64,000 nt of DNA, taken from Candidatus Woesebacteria bacterium UBA5941 (GTDB taxonomy: Bacteria > Patescibacteriota > Microgenomatia > UBA8517). Below the pieces are notes generated by a model. That model did not search any database and was not told the origin of the DNA. It saw only the letters and a program-made list of their open reading frames with translations. The DNA is taken from positions 21,142-85,141 of the forward strand of contig DJCV01000003.1 in assembly GCA_002430735.1 (NCBI GenBank). Reading direction: 5' to 3'. The stretch's first letter is position 1. Each line of letters opens with the position of its first letter. Positions 19,241-30,186 of the stretch are shown here, in pieces. The translations under genes and the position numbers were made by a program.

Positions 19241-20782
19241 TTAGGACTTGTTCTTTCCTTTTTGAAGCAACTTCCAAAATTCCGGGTACAGTTCTTCAAC
19301 AGTTGGATCAACAGCGCGTTTCAGCTGAGGGAAAAATGTTGCTTCGCGTGCAGACACATTTTCTAAAAACCAAAAGACTCGTTCACTGTGTCCGTATCCT
19401 GAAACAGGTGGCATTCCATACTCAAGCATTTCTACAAAGTCGATATCCATCATTTGTGCTTCGTCATCTCCAGCTTCACGAGCTTGTTGTTGCTCTAAAA
19501 AGCGACGGTACTGATCAACGGGATCGTTTAGCTCTGAATAGCCATTTCCTAATTCTGTCCCCGCGAGAATTACGTGGAACCGCTCGGTGAGATCTGGGTT
19601 TTCAGGCTTAGATTTTGCAAGAGGAGACATAAATTTTGGTTCATTAATTAAAAACGCAGGACCCGTTATTGTTTTTCGAACAAGCTTCCATAAATTATCA
19701 ACTAATCGATTTCTATTAATTGCTCCATCAAGACGTACTTTATTTGAGAGCAATACTTTCTGCATTTCTTCATCACTCGCCGTATCAATATCAATTCCCA
19801 ATTTCTCAAGAATTGAGTTTTTATAATCTACTTCTACCCAATCTGCATTTAAGTCAAAGGTATGATCATTCTTCGTGAATGTGCTTTTCCCATATACGCT
19901 TTGTGCGATATACCTAAATAAATCACGAACGAGGTTCATATTGTCGCGATAATCTGCATATGCCCAATACCACTCAGCTTGGTAATACTCCTGCAAATGC
20001 TCATCGTCTATTCCTTCGTTTCTAAAGTTTGGCGCTAAGGTAAAGATTTTTTCAAATCCTCCACCAATTAATCGCTTCTGCGGAAGTTCCGTTGAAATTC
20101 GCAAGTAAAAGTCTTCATCAAGTGCATTGTGATGAGTGACAAATGGCCGAGCATCAGCACCACCAGTTACGTGTTCCATGACAGGAGCCTCTACTTCCGT
20201 AAATCCTTGTGAAACTAAAAATTCGCGGTTTGCTTTCCAAAACAAACTCTTTCTTTTAAAGAGTTCTCGACGATCTGGATTCATAATTAAATCTAAGTAT
20301 CGTTTTCGGTAAATTAACTCTTGATCAGTTAACCCTTCCCACTTTTCAGGAAGCGGGCGAATAGACTTCGTTAAAATGCGAATCGTATGAGGAATGATAG
20401 AAATTTCACCACGTGTTGTCTTAGTAATAACCCCACGAACTTCCAAAAAGTCTCCAATGTCGACTAAGGACAAGTCAGAAAAACCGAGCGTTCCTTTTTC
20501 AGTATCGGTTTCTTTTAATGAATCAGCTTGTACAAATATCTGAATCTTTCCACTCTCGTCCATTAAATGACCAAAGATAAGTTGACCATGCTCTCTCCAA
20601 CTCAAGAGTCGTCCAGTAAGAGTTAATTCTTTGCCTTCAAATTCACTGAATTGTTCAACAACTGTTTGGTTCTTTTCTTCCTTGTTGGATTTTGCTGGAT
20701 ATGGATCAATCCCCATTTCTCGGAGCTTTGCCACTTTGGCAAGTCGGATTTCTCTGATTTCAGCGAGTCTACTTTTACTCAT
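19241..20782 (-). CDS. lysS: Lysyl-tRNA synthetase (class II)
   Basis: YRKRYLDL, GGADARPFVTHHNAL, FRNEG, ELNDP, EYGMPP; start 20782. Confidence 0.95.
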   Translation of the reverse strand: MSKSRLAEIREIRLAKVAKLREMGIDPYPAKSNKEEKNQTVVEQFSEFEGKELTLTGRLLSWREHGQLIFGHLMDESGKIQIFVQADSLKETDTEKGTLGFSDLSLVDIGDFLEVRGVITKTTRGEISIIPHTIRILTKSIRPLPEKWEGLTDQELIYRKRYLDLIMNPDRRELFKRKSLFWKANREFLVSQGFTEVEAPVMEHVTGGADARPFVTHHNALDEDFYLRISTELPQKRLIGGGFEKIFTLAPNFRNEGIDDEHLQEYYQAEWYWAYADYRDNMNLVRDLFRYIAQSVYGKSTFTKNDHTFDLNADWVEVDYKNSILEKLGIDIDTASDEEMQKVLLSNKVRLDGAINRNRLVDNLWKLVRKTITGPAFLINEPKFMSPLAKSKPENPDLTERFHVILAGTELGNGYSELNDPVDQYRRFLEQQQAREAGDDEAQMMDIDFVEMLEYGMPPVSGYGHSERVFWFLENVSAREATFFPQLKRAVDPTVEELYPEFWKLLQKGKNKS

Positions 20783-20809
20783 GAGGCAAGTATAGTGGAA
20801 AACAAGGCA

Positions 20810-20840
20810 CAAAAAAAGCGCCTGCACAATGCAGACGCCG
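20810..20840 (-). terminator. Intrinsic terminator after orphan pair
   Basis: GCGTCTGCA-TTG-TGCAGGCGC followed by T-run on minus strand. Confidence 0.7.
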
Positions 20841-20852
20841 GTTGTCACGATT

Positions 20853-21299
20853 TTACAATTGTGACTTTAGTAATTCTCTGAGCCAGATCACAATATCTTG
20901 TTCGTTCGACTGTACCCGAACAAAATAGACTTGCTCAGACCTGCTTCCAAAAAACGTCAGGCGAATACCCTTCATGCGGCCATTCGCCACGTGAAGTGCC
21001 ATCGTTACGTTGCGGGCCAAAAACTTTTGCAGTAGATCCGCATCAACGGTAACATCCTCGGTAAACCTCAATTCTCCCGGAGTATCAGGGATCAATTCAT
21101 TCCCAGGCTTTCCGAAGAGATGTTCACACTGAAAATAATTTGCTTCTGTTGTCACAACCGCGTTGTTGTTATCAACAAAGTAAAAGCTCATCCGATGATC
21201 CCATGAAAGTTCTACAAACCCCACTCTCATAAGCATCTTCACGACCAGGTCTTCAACAGTCAGTACTCCTCGAAACATTAGGTCTCTCCTTATAGCCAA
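20853..21299 (-). CDS. Hypothetical protein (orphan)
   Basis: 148-aa ORF overlapping upstream ORF; no recognisable motif; start uncertain. Confidence 0.5.
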   Translation of the reverse strand: MAIRRDLMFRGVLTVEDLVVKMLMRVGFVELSWDHRMSFYFVDNNNAVVTTEANYFQCEHLFGKPGNELIPDTPGELRFTEDVTVDADLLQKFLARNVTMALHVANGRMKGIRLTFFGSRSEQVYFVRVQSNEQDIVIWLRELLKSQL

Positions 21300-21619
21300 G
21301 ATTGAGTAGCTTTCATGAGTTCCAGCGAAACCACGACCACAATTAAGCCAATTGTGATAAGCGTAAAGGCAGTGTCTCTTAATTCAATGCACTTTGTTTG
21401 CACCAGCACTAAATATAGTTCTGATCTACTAAACAACAGTTGTGGACGGTCGCACTTATGACGCAACACAGAACTTCGAAATCGGTACACTATCTGTGGG
21501 AACCAGTTGGAGAATACGAGATCCATCCAACTAACTACAAACATGCTTAAGGCGATAAATCCAACAGCAGCACACGTACCACCTGCCGCGAATGCAAGTA
21601 GTAATACTACGTAAATCAT
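21290..21619 (-). CDS. Hypothetical membrane protein (orphan)
   Basis: Two hydrophobic segments; AAAGGA SD and TGC-TAAAAT -10 upstream. Confidence 0.55.
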   Translation of the reverse strand: MIYVVLLLAFAAGGTCAAVGFIALSMFVVSWMDLVFSNWFPQIVYRFRSSVLRHKCDRPQLLFSRSELYLVLVQTKCIELRDTAFTLITIGLIVVVVSLELMKATQSWL

Positions 21620-21697
21620 TACAAATTCCTTTCAAGGTACGATCGGACGAGAGTACGCTATTTTAGCACGAAATGAACGCGTTTTGAAGCTATGGGG

Positions 21698-22123
21698 TTA
21701 TCGTTTTGGTGAAGACTTCTTTCGTCGTGACTTTCCACCAGTTCCGACCATTCGTCGTTCTCGAATTCGAGAATCTCGAGTTAAGAGGCCATAAGACTTA
21801 AGCGGAGCTCTGAATTTATCAGCGTCTAGTTGAGAAAGTGCTCGTGAAGTTGCGTGTACAACCGCTTCAAGTTGTCCAACTTTACCTCCACCTGCTACTT
21901 TAACAGTGATATAAAACTTTCCTGTCGTTCCAGTTAACTCAAATGGTTTTTGCCACAACTTTGTTGAAGCTTCTCCAGGGAAGTACTTTCCAATAACATC
22001 ACCATTTACGGTGCTTTCAGTATCTCCTTTATATAAACGAACGCGAGCAGAAGACGTTCGTCTTCGCCCCACTGCATATGTATAGTCTTTTTTAGCTTTA
22101 GTTTTTGTTGTTGTGTCTGCCAT
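21698..22123 (-). CDS. rpsI: 30S ribosomal protein S9
   Basis: VGRRRTSSARV, GGGKVGQ, LLTRDSRIRER. Confidence 0.95.
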   Translation of the reverse strand: MADTTTKTKAKKDYTYAVGRRRTSSARVRLYKGDTESTVNGDVIGKYFPGEASTKLWQKPFELTGTTGKFYITVKVAGGGKVGQLEAVVHATSRALSQLDADKFRAPLKSYGLLTRDSRIRERRMVGTGGKSRRKKSSPKR

Positions 22124-22125
22124 GG

Positions 22126-22509
22126 TTATTTAACAAATTTCAATCGTCGCATTCGTTGTTGTCTCAATCGGTTTCCAGGAAGCATGTTGTATACAGCCAT
22201 TTCCAAAATCTTCGCAGGTTGTTCAGTTTTTAACTTCATGAACTTAATTTCTCTGAAACCTCCTGGGAATCCTGAGTGTCTATGATACACTTTCTTCAAT
22301 TCTTTTCCACCAGTGACTGCAATCTTCTCTACATTTTTAACGTTCACGAAATCTCCGCTATCCATGTGAGCGGAATAAGAAGGTTTATGCTTTCCCATTA
22401 AATAGGTAGCAATTTGAGACGCAACTCGACCCAAGACTTTGTTGTCCGCATCAACTTCGTGCGTTTCTCGCTTTACTTCACTAGCTGTTGGTTGAAATGT
22501 TTTAATCAT
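22126..22509 (-). CDS. rplM: 50S ribosomal protein L13
   Basis: LGRVASQIA, GKHKPSY, HSGFPGG. Confidence 0.95.
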   Translation of the reverse strand: MIKTFQPTASEVKRETHEVDADNKVLGRVASQIATYLMGKHKPSYSAHMDSGDFVNVKNVEKIAVTGGKELKKVYHRHSGFPGGFREIKFMKLKTEQPAKILEMAVYNMLPGNRLRQQRMRRLKFVK

Positions 22510-22553
22510 ATAGTTTGAAAAAAGAAATCTGTTTCAGGTAACAAATGAATGGT

Positions 22554-22979
22554 TTATTTTTCAGTTGTTACCTGTGACTTATCGCCTTTTTCAGCCTTTT
22601 TAGCTTTCGCTTCCGGTTGTCCTTCGACTACCATGAAACTAATAGTAGCTAAAGCTGCATTGTCACCACGTCGTGGTGGCAATTTTGTAATGCTTGTATA
22701 TCCTCCATTGCGAGATTTCGCAAGAGATTCATACGTAAAGAGTTTTGCGACTGCAGTACGATCATTTCTGAGTGCTGCTGCTGCATTTCTCTTCGCGGCT
22801 AAGGTCGGATCTTTTACAAATTTCATCAATTTGTCCAAGTCTGGCTGAATAGCCTGAGCTTTGGCCAGTGTTGTTTTAACACTTCCGTGCTCAATTACTG
22901 CTTTTACTAATCCGTTAAAAAGTGCTTCTCGGCTCTTTCTATTTCTAGAAAGTTGTTTTCCAAATACTTTATTACGCAT
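22554..22979 (-). CDS. rplQ: 50S ribosomal protein L17
   Basis: TTLAKA, RNGGYTSI, RRGDNA. Confidence 0.93.
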   Translation of the reverse strand: MRNKVFGKQLSRNRKSREALFNGLVKAVIEHGSVKTTLAKAQAIQPDLDKLMKFVKDPTLAAKRNAAAALRNDRTAVAKLFTYESLAKSRNGGYTSITKLPPRRGDNAALATISFMVVEGQPEAKAKKAEKGDKSQVTTEK

Positions 22980-23889
22980 CTTGTAATTTCACTCCTTTCT
23001 CCTTGAGTAAATCATTAATGACGTCTAAAGATTTTCCGCCAAGATTACGAACCTTCATCAGTTCAACGCGTGGTGCGTTGCAAAGCTTTTCAACTGTCTC
23101 AAATCCGGCCTTTGCGAGTGCGTTAGCAACTCGTGTAGGTAATCCGAGCTCTTCGACAGAAAGCTTTCCGACACTTCCCAAAGCGCTTTCGCTTTCTTCT
23201 CGTGGTGCGGACACAACTTGTTCTTTCGGATGAACAATCTGGTCAAAATAAGAGAGTAAAGTTGTTGCTGCTTCAGTAATGGCTGCCATTGGTTCAATGG
23301 TTCCATTCGTGACAACTTCTAAAGTTAATTTGTCATAATTGGTTACTCGTCCAACACGAGTCTCTTCAATTTTCGGTGTTACCCGAACAACTGGTGAGAA
23401 ACTTGCATCAAGCGGGATAATACCAATTTGCTCTTGCTCTCGATCGGCTGCTGGCTTGTAGCCAACTCCACTTTCAATCGTTAATTTTGCTGAAAGTTTT
23501 GCTCCTTTTGCAAGGTTTGCAAGAACGAGGTCAGGGTTAGCAATAGTTGCTCCTGCTGGTAATTCGATATCCCGAGCATACACTTCTCCTGGGTTTTTCA
23601 CCGAGAGAGTTGCATGAATAGGTTCTGTTCCAGAGTAAGAAACTGCTACCTTTTTCAAGTTTAAAAGGAAGTCGAGGACATCTTCTTTCATACCTGAAAG
23701 TGTTGTGAACTGGTGTTTAACCCCTTCGATTTCGACTGTGGTTATTGCAGCTCCTTTTAGGCTTGTAAGAAGAACTCTTCGCAAGGCTACTCCCAACGTA
23801 TGGCCATAACCTGCGGCCAAGGGAGTAATCACAAATTTCCCGTAGGTTTTATCTTGTTTTTCTGTTTTTATTTCAAAAATTGGTTCCAT
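22972..23889 (-). CDS. rpoA: RNA polymerase alpha subunit
   Basis: GYGHTLGVALRRVLL, DASFSPV, RNLGGKS; ATG 23889 preceded by TAAGGAGGTGAT. Confidence 0.96.
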   Translation of the reverse strand: MEPIFEIKTEKQDKTYGKFVITPLAAGYGHTLGVALRRVLLTSLKGAAITTVEIEGVKHQFTTLSGMKEDVLDFLLNLKKVAVSYSGTEPIHATLSVKNPGEVYARDIELPAGATIANPDLVLANLAKGAKLSAKLTIESGVGYKPAADREQEQIGIIPLDASFSPVVRVTPKIEETRVGRVTNYDKLTLEVVTNGTIEPMAAITEAATTLLSYFDQIVHPKEQVVSAPREESESALGSVGKLSVEELGLPTRVANALAKAGFETVEKLCNAPRVELMKVRNLGGKSLDVINDLLKEKGVKLQDA

Positions 23890-23910
23890 ACGTATCACCT
23901 CCTTAAAAAT

Positions 23911-24513
23911 TTATCGTGAGTAGAATTCAATGACTTCTTGGTCCTGGAATGATTCTGGTACATCTTCCCGTGAAGGAAGTCTCACTATTTGTCCTGCTGC
24001 AGCTTTGCGATTAAGCCAAGCTGGCACAACGGTATCTTCTTTCTTTAAGTTTAACGCAACCCCTGGCATTTGCATTGCTTTTGCAGTCAAAGTAATGGTA
24101 TCTCCTGGCATAACTTGGTATGAGGCAATGTTTACTTTCTTGCCGTTTACAAGCACATGTCGATGAGAAACGAGTTGTCGTGCCTCTGGTCGAGTGTTTG
24201 TGAATCCAAGTCGGAAAATAGTGTTATCAAGTCGTCTCTCAAGTAAAGAGAAGAACGCATTGATAGTATTTCCTTTGGTTTTCATTGCTTTCTCCATGTA
24301 GCTTGCAAATTGCTTTTCAAGCATTCCATACATTCGCTTTACCTTTTGCTTTTCTCTCAACTGTTTTCCGTATTGAGAAGGAGCACCTTTTGCACCTTTT
24401 GGTCCATGAACTCCAGGAAAAATATTCAGACGAGTAAGCTTTGCTCCTTTATTGAAAAGGTCAAAGTTTTCGCGTCTGCTTAATCTGTCTTTAGGTCCAG
24501 TGTATCGTGCCAT
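23911..24513 (-). CDS. rpsD: 30S ribosomal protein S4
   Basis: MARYTGP, QLREKQK, LERRLDN, IEFYSR. Confidence 0.96.
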   Translation of the reverse strand: MARYTGPKDRLSRRENFDLFNKGAKLTRLNIFPGVHGPKGAKGAPSQYGKQLREKQKVKRMYGMLEKQFASYMEKAMKTKGNTINAFFSLLERRLDNTIFRLGFTNTRPEARQLVSHRHVLVNGKKVNIASYQVMPGDTITLTAKAMQMPGVALNLKKEDTVVPAWLNRKAAAGQIVRLPSREDVPESFQDQEVIEFYSR

Positions 24514-24525
24514 ATAGTGTAATTG

Positions 24526-24870
24526 TTATACTCTTCGTTTCTTCTTTGCTCGTGGCCCATCGTGTGGGATAGGTGTTACGTCTGCAATTAAAGAAATCTT
24601 AACTCCTGCTGCTCGGATTGCACGCAATGATGCGTCTCGTCCAGGTCCAGGTCCTTTAATAAAAACCTCAGCTTCAGTTAATCCTTTTGCTTCTTTCGCT
24701 TTGCTTACAACTGCTTCAACTGCAGTGGTTGCAGCATACGGAGTGGACTTTCGAGCCCCTTTAAATCCAGCATTTCCAGCAGAACCCCACGCAATAGTTG
24801 CGCCTTGTTCATCAGTAACTGTTACTAATGTATTGTTAAAACTTGCTGAAATATAAATTTTTCCGTTCAT
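24526..24870 (-). CDS. rpsK: 30S ribosomal protein S11
   Basis: [26 protein letters not shown]. Confidence 0.96.
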   Translation of the reverse strand: MNGKIYISASFNNTLVTVTDEQGATIAWGSAGNAGFKGARKSTPYAATTAVEAVVSKAKEAKGLTEAEVFIKGPGPGRDASLRAIRAAGVKISLIADVTPIPHDGPRAKKKRRV

Positions 24871-24875
24871 GGTAT

Positions 24876-25280
24876 TTATTTATCTTTTTTAGCGGCTTCA
24901 ACTTTGGCAAGCATTTCTTTCTTAAATGCACCAACAGTCTTTCGCTTTCCTCGCTTTGTTCGAGCGTTACTCTTTGTTCGTTGTCCCCGAACAGGAAGTC
25001 CTCGACTGTGTCGAATTCCTCGATATGCGCTAATATCACGTAGTCGTTGAATGTTTTCTCGAATAGCACGAACTAAATCTCCTTCAACAAGATGTGGCTC
25101 AAGTGCTTTCGCAACTTGTGCAATCTCTTCGTTTGAAAGATCCTTAACTCGGGTTGATGCTTCAATTTTTGCATCTTTCAAGACATCGCTACTTTTTGCC
25201 CAGCCAATTCCCTTTAAGCGTGTTAACGCATAATCAATTCTCCATTTGTCTTGTAGTTCCATTCCTGAGATACGTGCCAT
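24876..25280 (-). CDS. rpsM: 30S ribosomal protein S13
   Basis: [26 protein letters not shown]. Confidence 0.96.
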   Translation of the reverse strand: MARISGMELQDKWRIDYALTRLKGIGWAKSSDVLKDAKIEASTRVKDLSNEEIAQVAKALEPHLVEGDLVRAIRENIQRLRDISAYRGIRHSRGLPVRGQRTKSNARTKRGKRKTVGAFKKEMLAKVEAAKKDK

Positions 25281-25293
25281 ATATATATTTATT

Positions 25294-25407
25294 TTATCCT
25301 TGTCTTTGCTTGTGCTTTGGATTTTCGCAGATCACGCGAATAACGCCTCCGCGCTTAATCACTTTGCACTTCATGCAAATCTTTTTAACTGATGATCTAA
25401 CTTTCAT
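25294..25407 (-). CDS. rpmJ: 50S ribosomal protein L36 (37 aa, below ORF-track cutoff)
   Basis: Manual translation [37 protein letters not shown]. Confidence 0.96.
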   Translation of the reverse strand: MKVRSSVKKICMKCKVIKRGGVIRVICENPKHKQRQG

Positions 25408-25416
25408 AATTGTTTC

Positions 25417-25638
25417 TTAATTATCTGCTCTTCCGATAACTCGTCCGCGTTTATCGTCGTACGGAGTCATTTCAACTAAAATTCGACTTCCTGGCATGAG
25501 CTTAAAAAAGCTTCTGCGCATCTTGCCTGAAGGAATACCCCAGACTTCTCGGCCGTCAACGAGTTTCACACGAAACATCGTATTTGGCAAGATCTCTAAT
25601 ATTTCTCCCACTACAACAGTATTTTTGCCTTTTGTCAT
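25417..25638 (-). CDS. infA: Translation initiation factor IF-1
   Basis: LPNTMFRVKL, SGKMR, VEMTPYD; canonical position. Confidence 0.92.
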   Translation of the reverse strand: MTKGKNTVVVGEILEILPNTMFRVKLVDGREVWGIPSGKMRRSFFKLMPGSRILVEMTPYDDKRGRVIGRADN

Positions 25639-26387
25639 TTGGTTAGTATTAGAGTCGAGGTAGCAGTTACCGCCACGGTCTCTTCAAAAAGCGCTGCAAT
25701 TGTACCATCCTTTGTGCGTAATGTCCAACCGTCTTTATCAAGTTTCAGTTGTCCGCTTCCTTCGGTGTACATAACCTCAAGCGCCAAGGTCATTCCAGGG
25801 ACTATTTTAACACGTTCTTCAGGTGCGCCGCTGACGAAACAGGGAATATAGGGGTCTTCATGCAGTTCACGCCCAACTCCGTGGCCTGTAAGCGATTTAA
25901 TGGGGTTAAAACCAGCATCTGTGAGCGTTCGCTCATAGGCGCGTGCGATATCTCCAATAGTCTTACCAACTCGAGCTTCCTTTATAGCATTTTTTACAGC
26001 TTCTCGCCCAACTGATAAGAAGTGTACCTTACTTTCGTCTACGCCTAAATACTTAGAAATAGCCGTGTCAGTATGAAAACCTTTGTAAAACATGCCAACA
26101 TCCACGCTCACGACGTCTCCTTCAGCAAAAATCGTCTCTTTTTTAGGAATTCCGTGAACAACACCAGAGTTTACGTTAATACAAGTAGCCCATTTGTATC
26201 CAGGAACTTTCTTAAATGAAGCTTCTCCTCCTTCGTTTGCGATAAGCTTTACAGCAGCAAGCTCAATATCCCACGCAGAGACGCCTGGATTTACCAGCTC
26301 ATAGAGCGCTTTTTTCACTTTCGCGAGTTTTTCTCCGCCTTCCTTCATCGCAGAAATAGCTCGTTCATCTTTTAAGGGAATATGCAT
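25635..26387 (-). CDS. map: Methionine aminopeptidase
   Basis: VVHGIP, FHTDTA, GHGVGRELHEDP, FEETV. Confidence 0.95.
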   Translation of the reverse strand: MHIPLKDERAISAMKEGGEKLAKVKKALYELVNPGVSAWDIELAAVKLIANEGGEASFKKVPGYKWATCINVNSGVVHGIPKKETIFAEGDVVSVDVGMFYKGFHTDTAISKYLGVDESKVHFLSVGREAVKNAIKEARVGKTIGDIARAYERTLTDAGFNPIKSLTGHGVGRELHEDPYIPCFVSGAPEERVKIVPGMTLALEVMYTEGSGQLKLDKDGWTLRTKDGTIAALFEETVAVTATSTLILTK

Positions 26388-26424
26388 GGAGATATTATAC
26401 GCTAAAGTGAGCTTGAATGCTTGA

Positions 26425-27051
26425 CTAAAAGCCCGGAAGATTGGACAGAATTTGTTGTTGAATCACATCAATTGCCTGCAAGCCATCTATTTCAACCAAT
26501 TTTCCTTGAGTTCTCACTGCATTAATAAGTGGTTCGGTGCTCGCATGGTACTCAGAGAGCCGTTTTCTGATAGAGTCTGGTTGATCATCTTCTCTATGCA
26601 CCAATGTTGATTGATTAATGTCAGCAGGTGGTGGGTTCGTTATTAAGTTATAGATTTTACCTGAAACAGGATCCATTCGACGAGCAGACAATCGTTTCAC
26701 CGTCTCTTCCTCGGGAATTGTTAAAAAAATCACTTTTTCTATTCCAGACCCGTGGGATTGCAAAAAATCTGTGATTAAATTCCACTGAGGGAGAGACCTC
26801 GGATATCCGTCAAAAATAACGTTATCGAATTGGTTTTTTTCAATGAAATGGTCCCGAACAAGCTTATACATCATGTCATCTGGAATCAGTGCACCTATTT
26901 TATTGACGATTTGATCAATGTCAGAGCGGGTTTTAGCGATTTGACGAAGATACGCCCCTGCATCGAAGTAATACATTCCTGTTTTTTCTGCAAGCATTTC
27001 ACCCTGGGTACCTTTTCCAGAGCCTTGAGGTCCAAGAAGTGCAATATTCAT
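26425..27051 (-). CDS. adk: Adenylate kinase
   Basis: GPQGSGKGTQ, DGYPRS, REDD. Confidence 0.93.
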   Translation of the reverse strand: MNIALLGPQGSGKGTQGEMLAEKTGMYYFDAGAYLRQIAKTRSDIDQIVNKIGALIPDDMMYKLVRDHFIEKNQFDNVIFDGYPRSLPQWNLITDFLQSHGSGIEKVIFLTIPEEETVKRLSARRMDPVSGKIYNLITNPPPADINQSTLVHREDDQPDSIRKRLSEYHASTEPLINAVRTQGKLVEIDGLQAIDVIQQQILSNLPGF

Positions 27052-27109
27052 ATAAATCCAGTGTACTACAAAAAGGATGATATACGACGGAAGTGAAACT
27101 GAAGATGCC

Positions 27110-28393
27110 CTACTTTAAGTACTTGTCGTACTTATTCATGATCATTTGGCTTTCAATATTGCGGACCAATTCAAGGACGACTGAAACAACGATTAAAATA
27201 CTCGTTCCACCGATAGCTAATGTCGTTGTACCCACCGCATTTTGGAAGAGTGATGGAAGGACTGCGATGAGACCCAAAAAGGCTGCTCCTGCCATCGTAA
27301 TTCGATTTAAGACGTACCGCAGGTACTTTTCTGTATGATCACCAGGTCGAACGCCTGGAATGAACCCACCGCTCTTCTTCAGGTTCTCCGCGATTTTTTC
27401 AGGATTAAAGACTACTGAAGTATAAAAATAGGTAAATGCGACCACTAAGGTAAAGTACAAGACGTTATATACGACAGACTGTGGATTAAACAACTGTGTG
27501 AGACCAACTGCAATACTTGCGAGTTGCTGATTTCCAGATCCAGAAAGGAACTGTGAAATGAGAGTAGGCAGAAGCACTAATGACACAGCGAAGATAATAG
27601 GAATAACCCCGGCCTGGTTAACTCTAAGCGGAATGTATGAACGATCTCCGCCAATAAATTCCTTTGCACGTCGAGAATAATGAATTGGAATCTGGCGCAT
27701 TGCTTCATTAATAAAGACAACCATTCCAATGATAAGGAGTGAAACTACTAAGAAAATACCAATTTTAACCGTATCTTCAGGACGCAATGTTGTATAGGTT
27801 TGGTTAATGAGAGAAGGGAATCGTGCGATAATACCGGCGAAAATTAAAAATGAAACACCGTTTCCAAGACCATATTCAGTGATTAACTCCCCAATCCAGA
27901 CGGTAAAGAGGGTTCCTGCTGTCATGGTTACGACTAACGTTATAAGTCCCAGTGGACTCAAATCAGGAAGTACTCCTGTATTTTTCAAAAGTGCGTACAT
28001 TCCAAATGCCTGAAATACAGCTAAGGGAAGTGTTAAGAACCGCGTGTATTGGTTAAGTTTTTCTTGGCCGAATTCACCTTCTTTTGATAATTCCTCAAGA
28101 GATGGGATAACAAATGACATAAGCTGAATCACGATTGATGCGTTGATATAAGGGTTTAATCCAAGCGCCAAAATTGAAAAGTTCGCAAGCGTTCCACCTG
28201 AAAAGATATCAAGGAGTGAGAAGAATGCGTTTCCGGAAAGGAGTGATCCAAAGGATTCGCGATCAATTCCGATTGCAGGGATGTGTGCAGCAAGTCTAAA
28301 TACAACGATAATCCCAGCCGTTATGAGAAGTTTTCGACGTACCTCACGGATTTGGACTGCTCTTCTAAAGAAAGAAAAAATACTTGTCAGCAT
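27110..28393 (-). CDS. secY: Preprotein translocase SecY
   Basis: [42 protein letters not shown]. Confidence 0.97.
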   Translation of the reverse strand: MLTSIFSFFRRAVQIREVRRKLLITAGIIVVFRLAAHIPAIGIDRESFGSLLSGNAFFSLLDIFSGGTLANFSILALGLNPYINASIVIQLMSFVIPSLEELSKEGEFGQEKLNQYTRFLTLPLAVFQAFGMYALLKNTGVLPDLSPLGLITLVVTMTAGTLFTVWIGELITEYGLGNGVSFLIFAGIIARFPSLINQTYTTLRPEDTVKIGIFLVVSLLIIGMVVFINEAMRQIPIHYSRRAKEFIGGDRSYIPLRVNQAGVIPIIFAVSLVLLPTLISQFLSGSGNQQLASIAVGLTQLFNPQSVVYNVLYFTLVVAFTYFYTSVVFNPEKIAENLKKSGGFIPGVRPGDHTEKYLRYVLNRITMAGAAFLGLIAVLPSLFQNAVGTTTLAIGGTSILIVVSVVLELVRNIESQMIMNKYDKYLK

Positions 28394-28824
28394 TAGGCAA
28401 TTGTACCACCAGCTTTGGTGACAGCTTCACTCACAGACTTTGATGCAGCAACATGGAGCACATATTTATTGGTAACTTCGCCAATTCCAACGATCTTTGC
28501 ACCACGACCTTTGTCTTTTTTATTGACAAATCCGTGTTGAATAAGCGTATCAATTGTGACATCCCCCGCTGGGATCAAATTAAGCTTTGCAATTGAAACC
28601 GATGTAGGTTTTGCTTGTGCTTTAAAACGTTGCTTTCCAGGAAGCATCGGAAGTCGGTGTAACAAAGATTTCTTTGTCTTTACACCTTCAAAGAGAATAC
28701 CAACTGTGTATCGAGCCTTTTGTCCTTTTTGCCCACGACCGGTTGTGTGGAATCCTTTTCCACTTCCAACTCCGCGTCCGACGCGTTTTTTACTTTTGGT
28801 GACTACTTTTAATTGGTTATACAT
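28393..28824 (-). CDS. rplO: 50S ribosomal protein L15
   Basis: [21 protein letters not shown]. Confidence 0.93.
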   Translation of the reverse strand: MYNQLKVVTKSKKRVGRGVGSGKGFHTTGRGQKGQKARYTVGILFEGVKTKKSLLHRLPMLPGKQRFKAQAKPTSVSIAKLNLIPAGDVTIDTLIQHGFVNKKDKGRGAKIVGIGEVTNKYVLHVAASKSVSEAVTKAGGTIA

Positions 28825-29323
28825 TTGGTTGTCGTCTTTCTTGTAATTTAGTTAATTTTTCAATTGCCTTAATTGTTGCATATACATTTGTGATTTTGTT
28901 GTTTGTTCCAAGGGTCTTTCCAACAGCATCTTTGATTCCAGCAAGTTCTAGTACAACTCGAACAGTTCCTCCTGCGATAATACCGGATCCTGGAGGTGCT
29001 GGTTTCAACATGATTTTAGAAGCACCATATTTGATTCGAACTTCGTAAGGAATCGTGTTTCCTCGTGTTGGGACAACGATCATATGCTTTTTAGCGTTTG
29101 TTACTGCTTTTTGAATTGCACTTCGAACATCTTTCGCCTTTGCAATTGCTGCTCCAACCTTACCATTTCGATCCCCGACAACAACGAGTGCTGAGAATCG
29201 CATTTGGTTTCCACCTTTTGTCTTTTTAGAAACTCGATTTACTTCAACGACTTTCTCATCAAATTCTTTTTGGTATCCACCGTATTGATTATTGTTTTGG
29301 TTTCCTTGGTTATTGTTATACAT
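28817..29323 (-). CDS. rpsE: 30S ribosomal protein S5
   Basis: VNRVSKKTKGG, FSALVVVGD, PGSGIIAGG. Confidence 0.95.
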   Translation of the reverse strand: MYNNNQGNQNNNQYGGYQKEFDEKVVEVNRVSKKTKGGNQMRFSALVVVGDRNGKVGAAIAKAKDVRSAIQKAVTNAKKHMIVVPTRGNTIPYEVRIKYGASKIMLKPAPPGSGIIAGGTVRVVLELAGIKDAVGKTLGTNNKITNVYATIKAIEKLTKLQERRQPNV

Positions 29324-29328
29324 AGAAA

Positions 29329-29637
29329 TTAAAATGTGAGTCCTCCAGCACGAGCTGCATCAGCAAGCGCTTTCACTCGACCGTGATAAATATATCCGTT
29401 TCTGTCGAAAACAACAGTGGTTACTTTTGCTTTCACTGCTTTTTGTGCGATATCCGCTCCTACTTGTTGGCTTTCAGTTCCATGAGCTTCCACAATCGTG
29501 ACGCCTTTTACATCATCAATGATTTGAGCATAGATAGCTTTGTTAGAACGAAATACGGTAAGTCGAGGACGCGCTGCCGTTCCTGAGATTTTACCTCGGA
29601 TTCGTTTTTTTCGAATGATTCTGTCTTTAGTTAACAT
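29329..29637 (-). CDS. rplR: 50S ribosomal protein L18
   Basis: [24 protein letters not shown]. Confidence 0.95.
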   Translation of the reverse strand: MLTKDRIIRKKRIRGKISGTAARPRLTVFRSNKAIYAQIIDDVKGVTIVEAHGTESQQVGADIAQKAVKAKVTTVVFDRNGYIYHGRVKALADAARAGGLTF

Positions 29638-29643
29638 AGTGTG

Positions 29644-30180
29644 TTATTTAGCTGCTTGTTTACCTGCTTTTCGGCGGATAACTTCGTCAGTGTATTTAAT
29701 ACCAGTTCCTTTGTATGGTTCTGGTGGTCGTGAACCTCGAACAAGAGATGAAATATGGCCAACAACTTCCTTATCTGCTCCTTCTACGGTTACGATTGAT
29801 TTGTCTACTTTAAAGGTCAATCCTTTTGGCGCAGTAATGATTACTGGATGAGAAAATCCAATTTGCATAACGAGATCTTGTCCACGAACTTCCGCTCGGT
29901 ATCCTGCTCCAACGATTTCAAGCTGTTTGTTCCAACCTGTTGTTACTCCAGTTGCCATATTGATTAAATGTGCTCTGATTGTTCCTTGATTTTTAGCCAA
30001 ATTCTTTGAATCGTTTTTCACTTCAATGGTTGCCTCAGAACCTTCTTGCTTCACAGTTACTCCTTGAGGGAGATTTCTGGTGAGTGTTCCTTTTGGTCCT
30101 GTCACAGAAAGTACGTGATCAGCAACTGTGACCGTAACTCCTTGTGGGATTTGAACTGGTAATTTTCCAAAGCGTGACAT
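29644..30180 (-). CDS. rplF: 50S ribosomal protein L6
   Basis: MSRFGKLP, GFSHP, PEPYKGTGI. Confidence 0.95.
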   Translation of the reverse strand: MSRFGKLPVQIPQGVTVTVADHVLSVTGPKGTLTRNLPQGVTVKQEGSEATIEVKNDSKNLAKNQGTIRAHLINMATGVTTGWNKQLEIVGAGYRAEVRGQDLVMQIGFSHPVIITAPKGLTFKVDKSIVTVEGADKEVVGHISSLVRGSRPPEPYKGTGIKYTDEVIRRKAGKQAAK

Positions 30181-30186
30181 ATGTTT

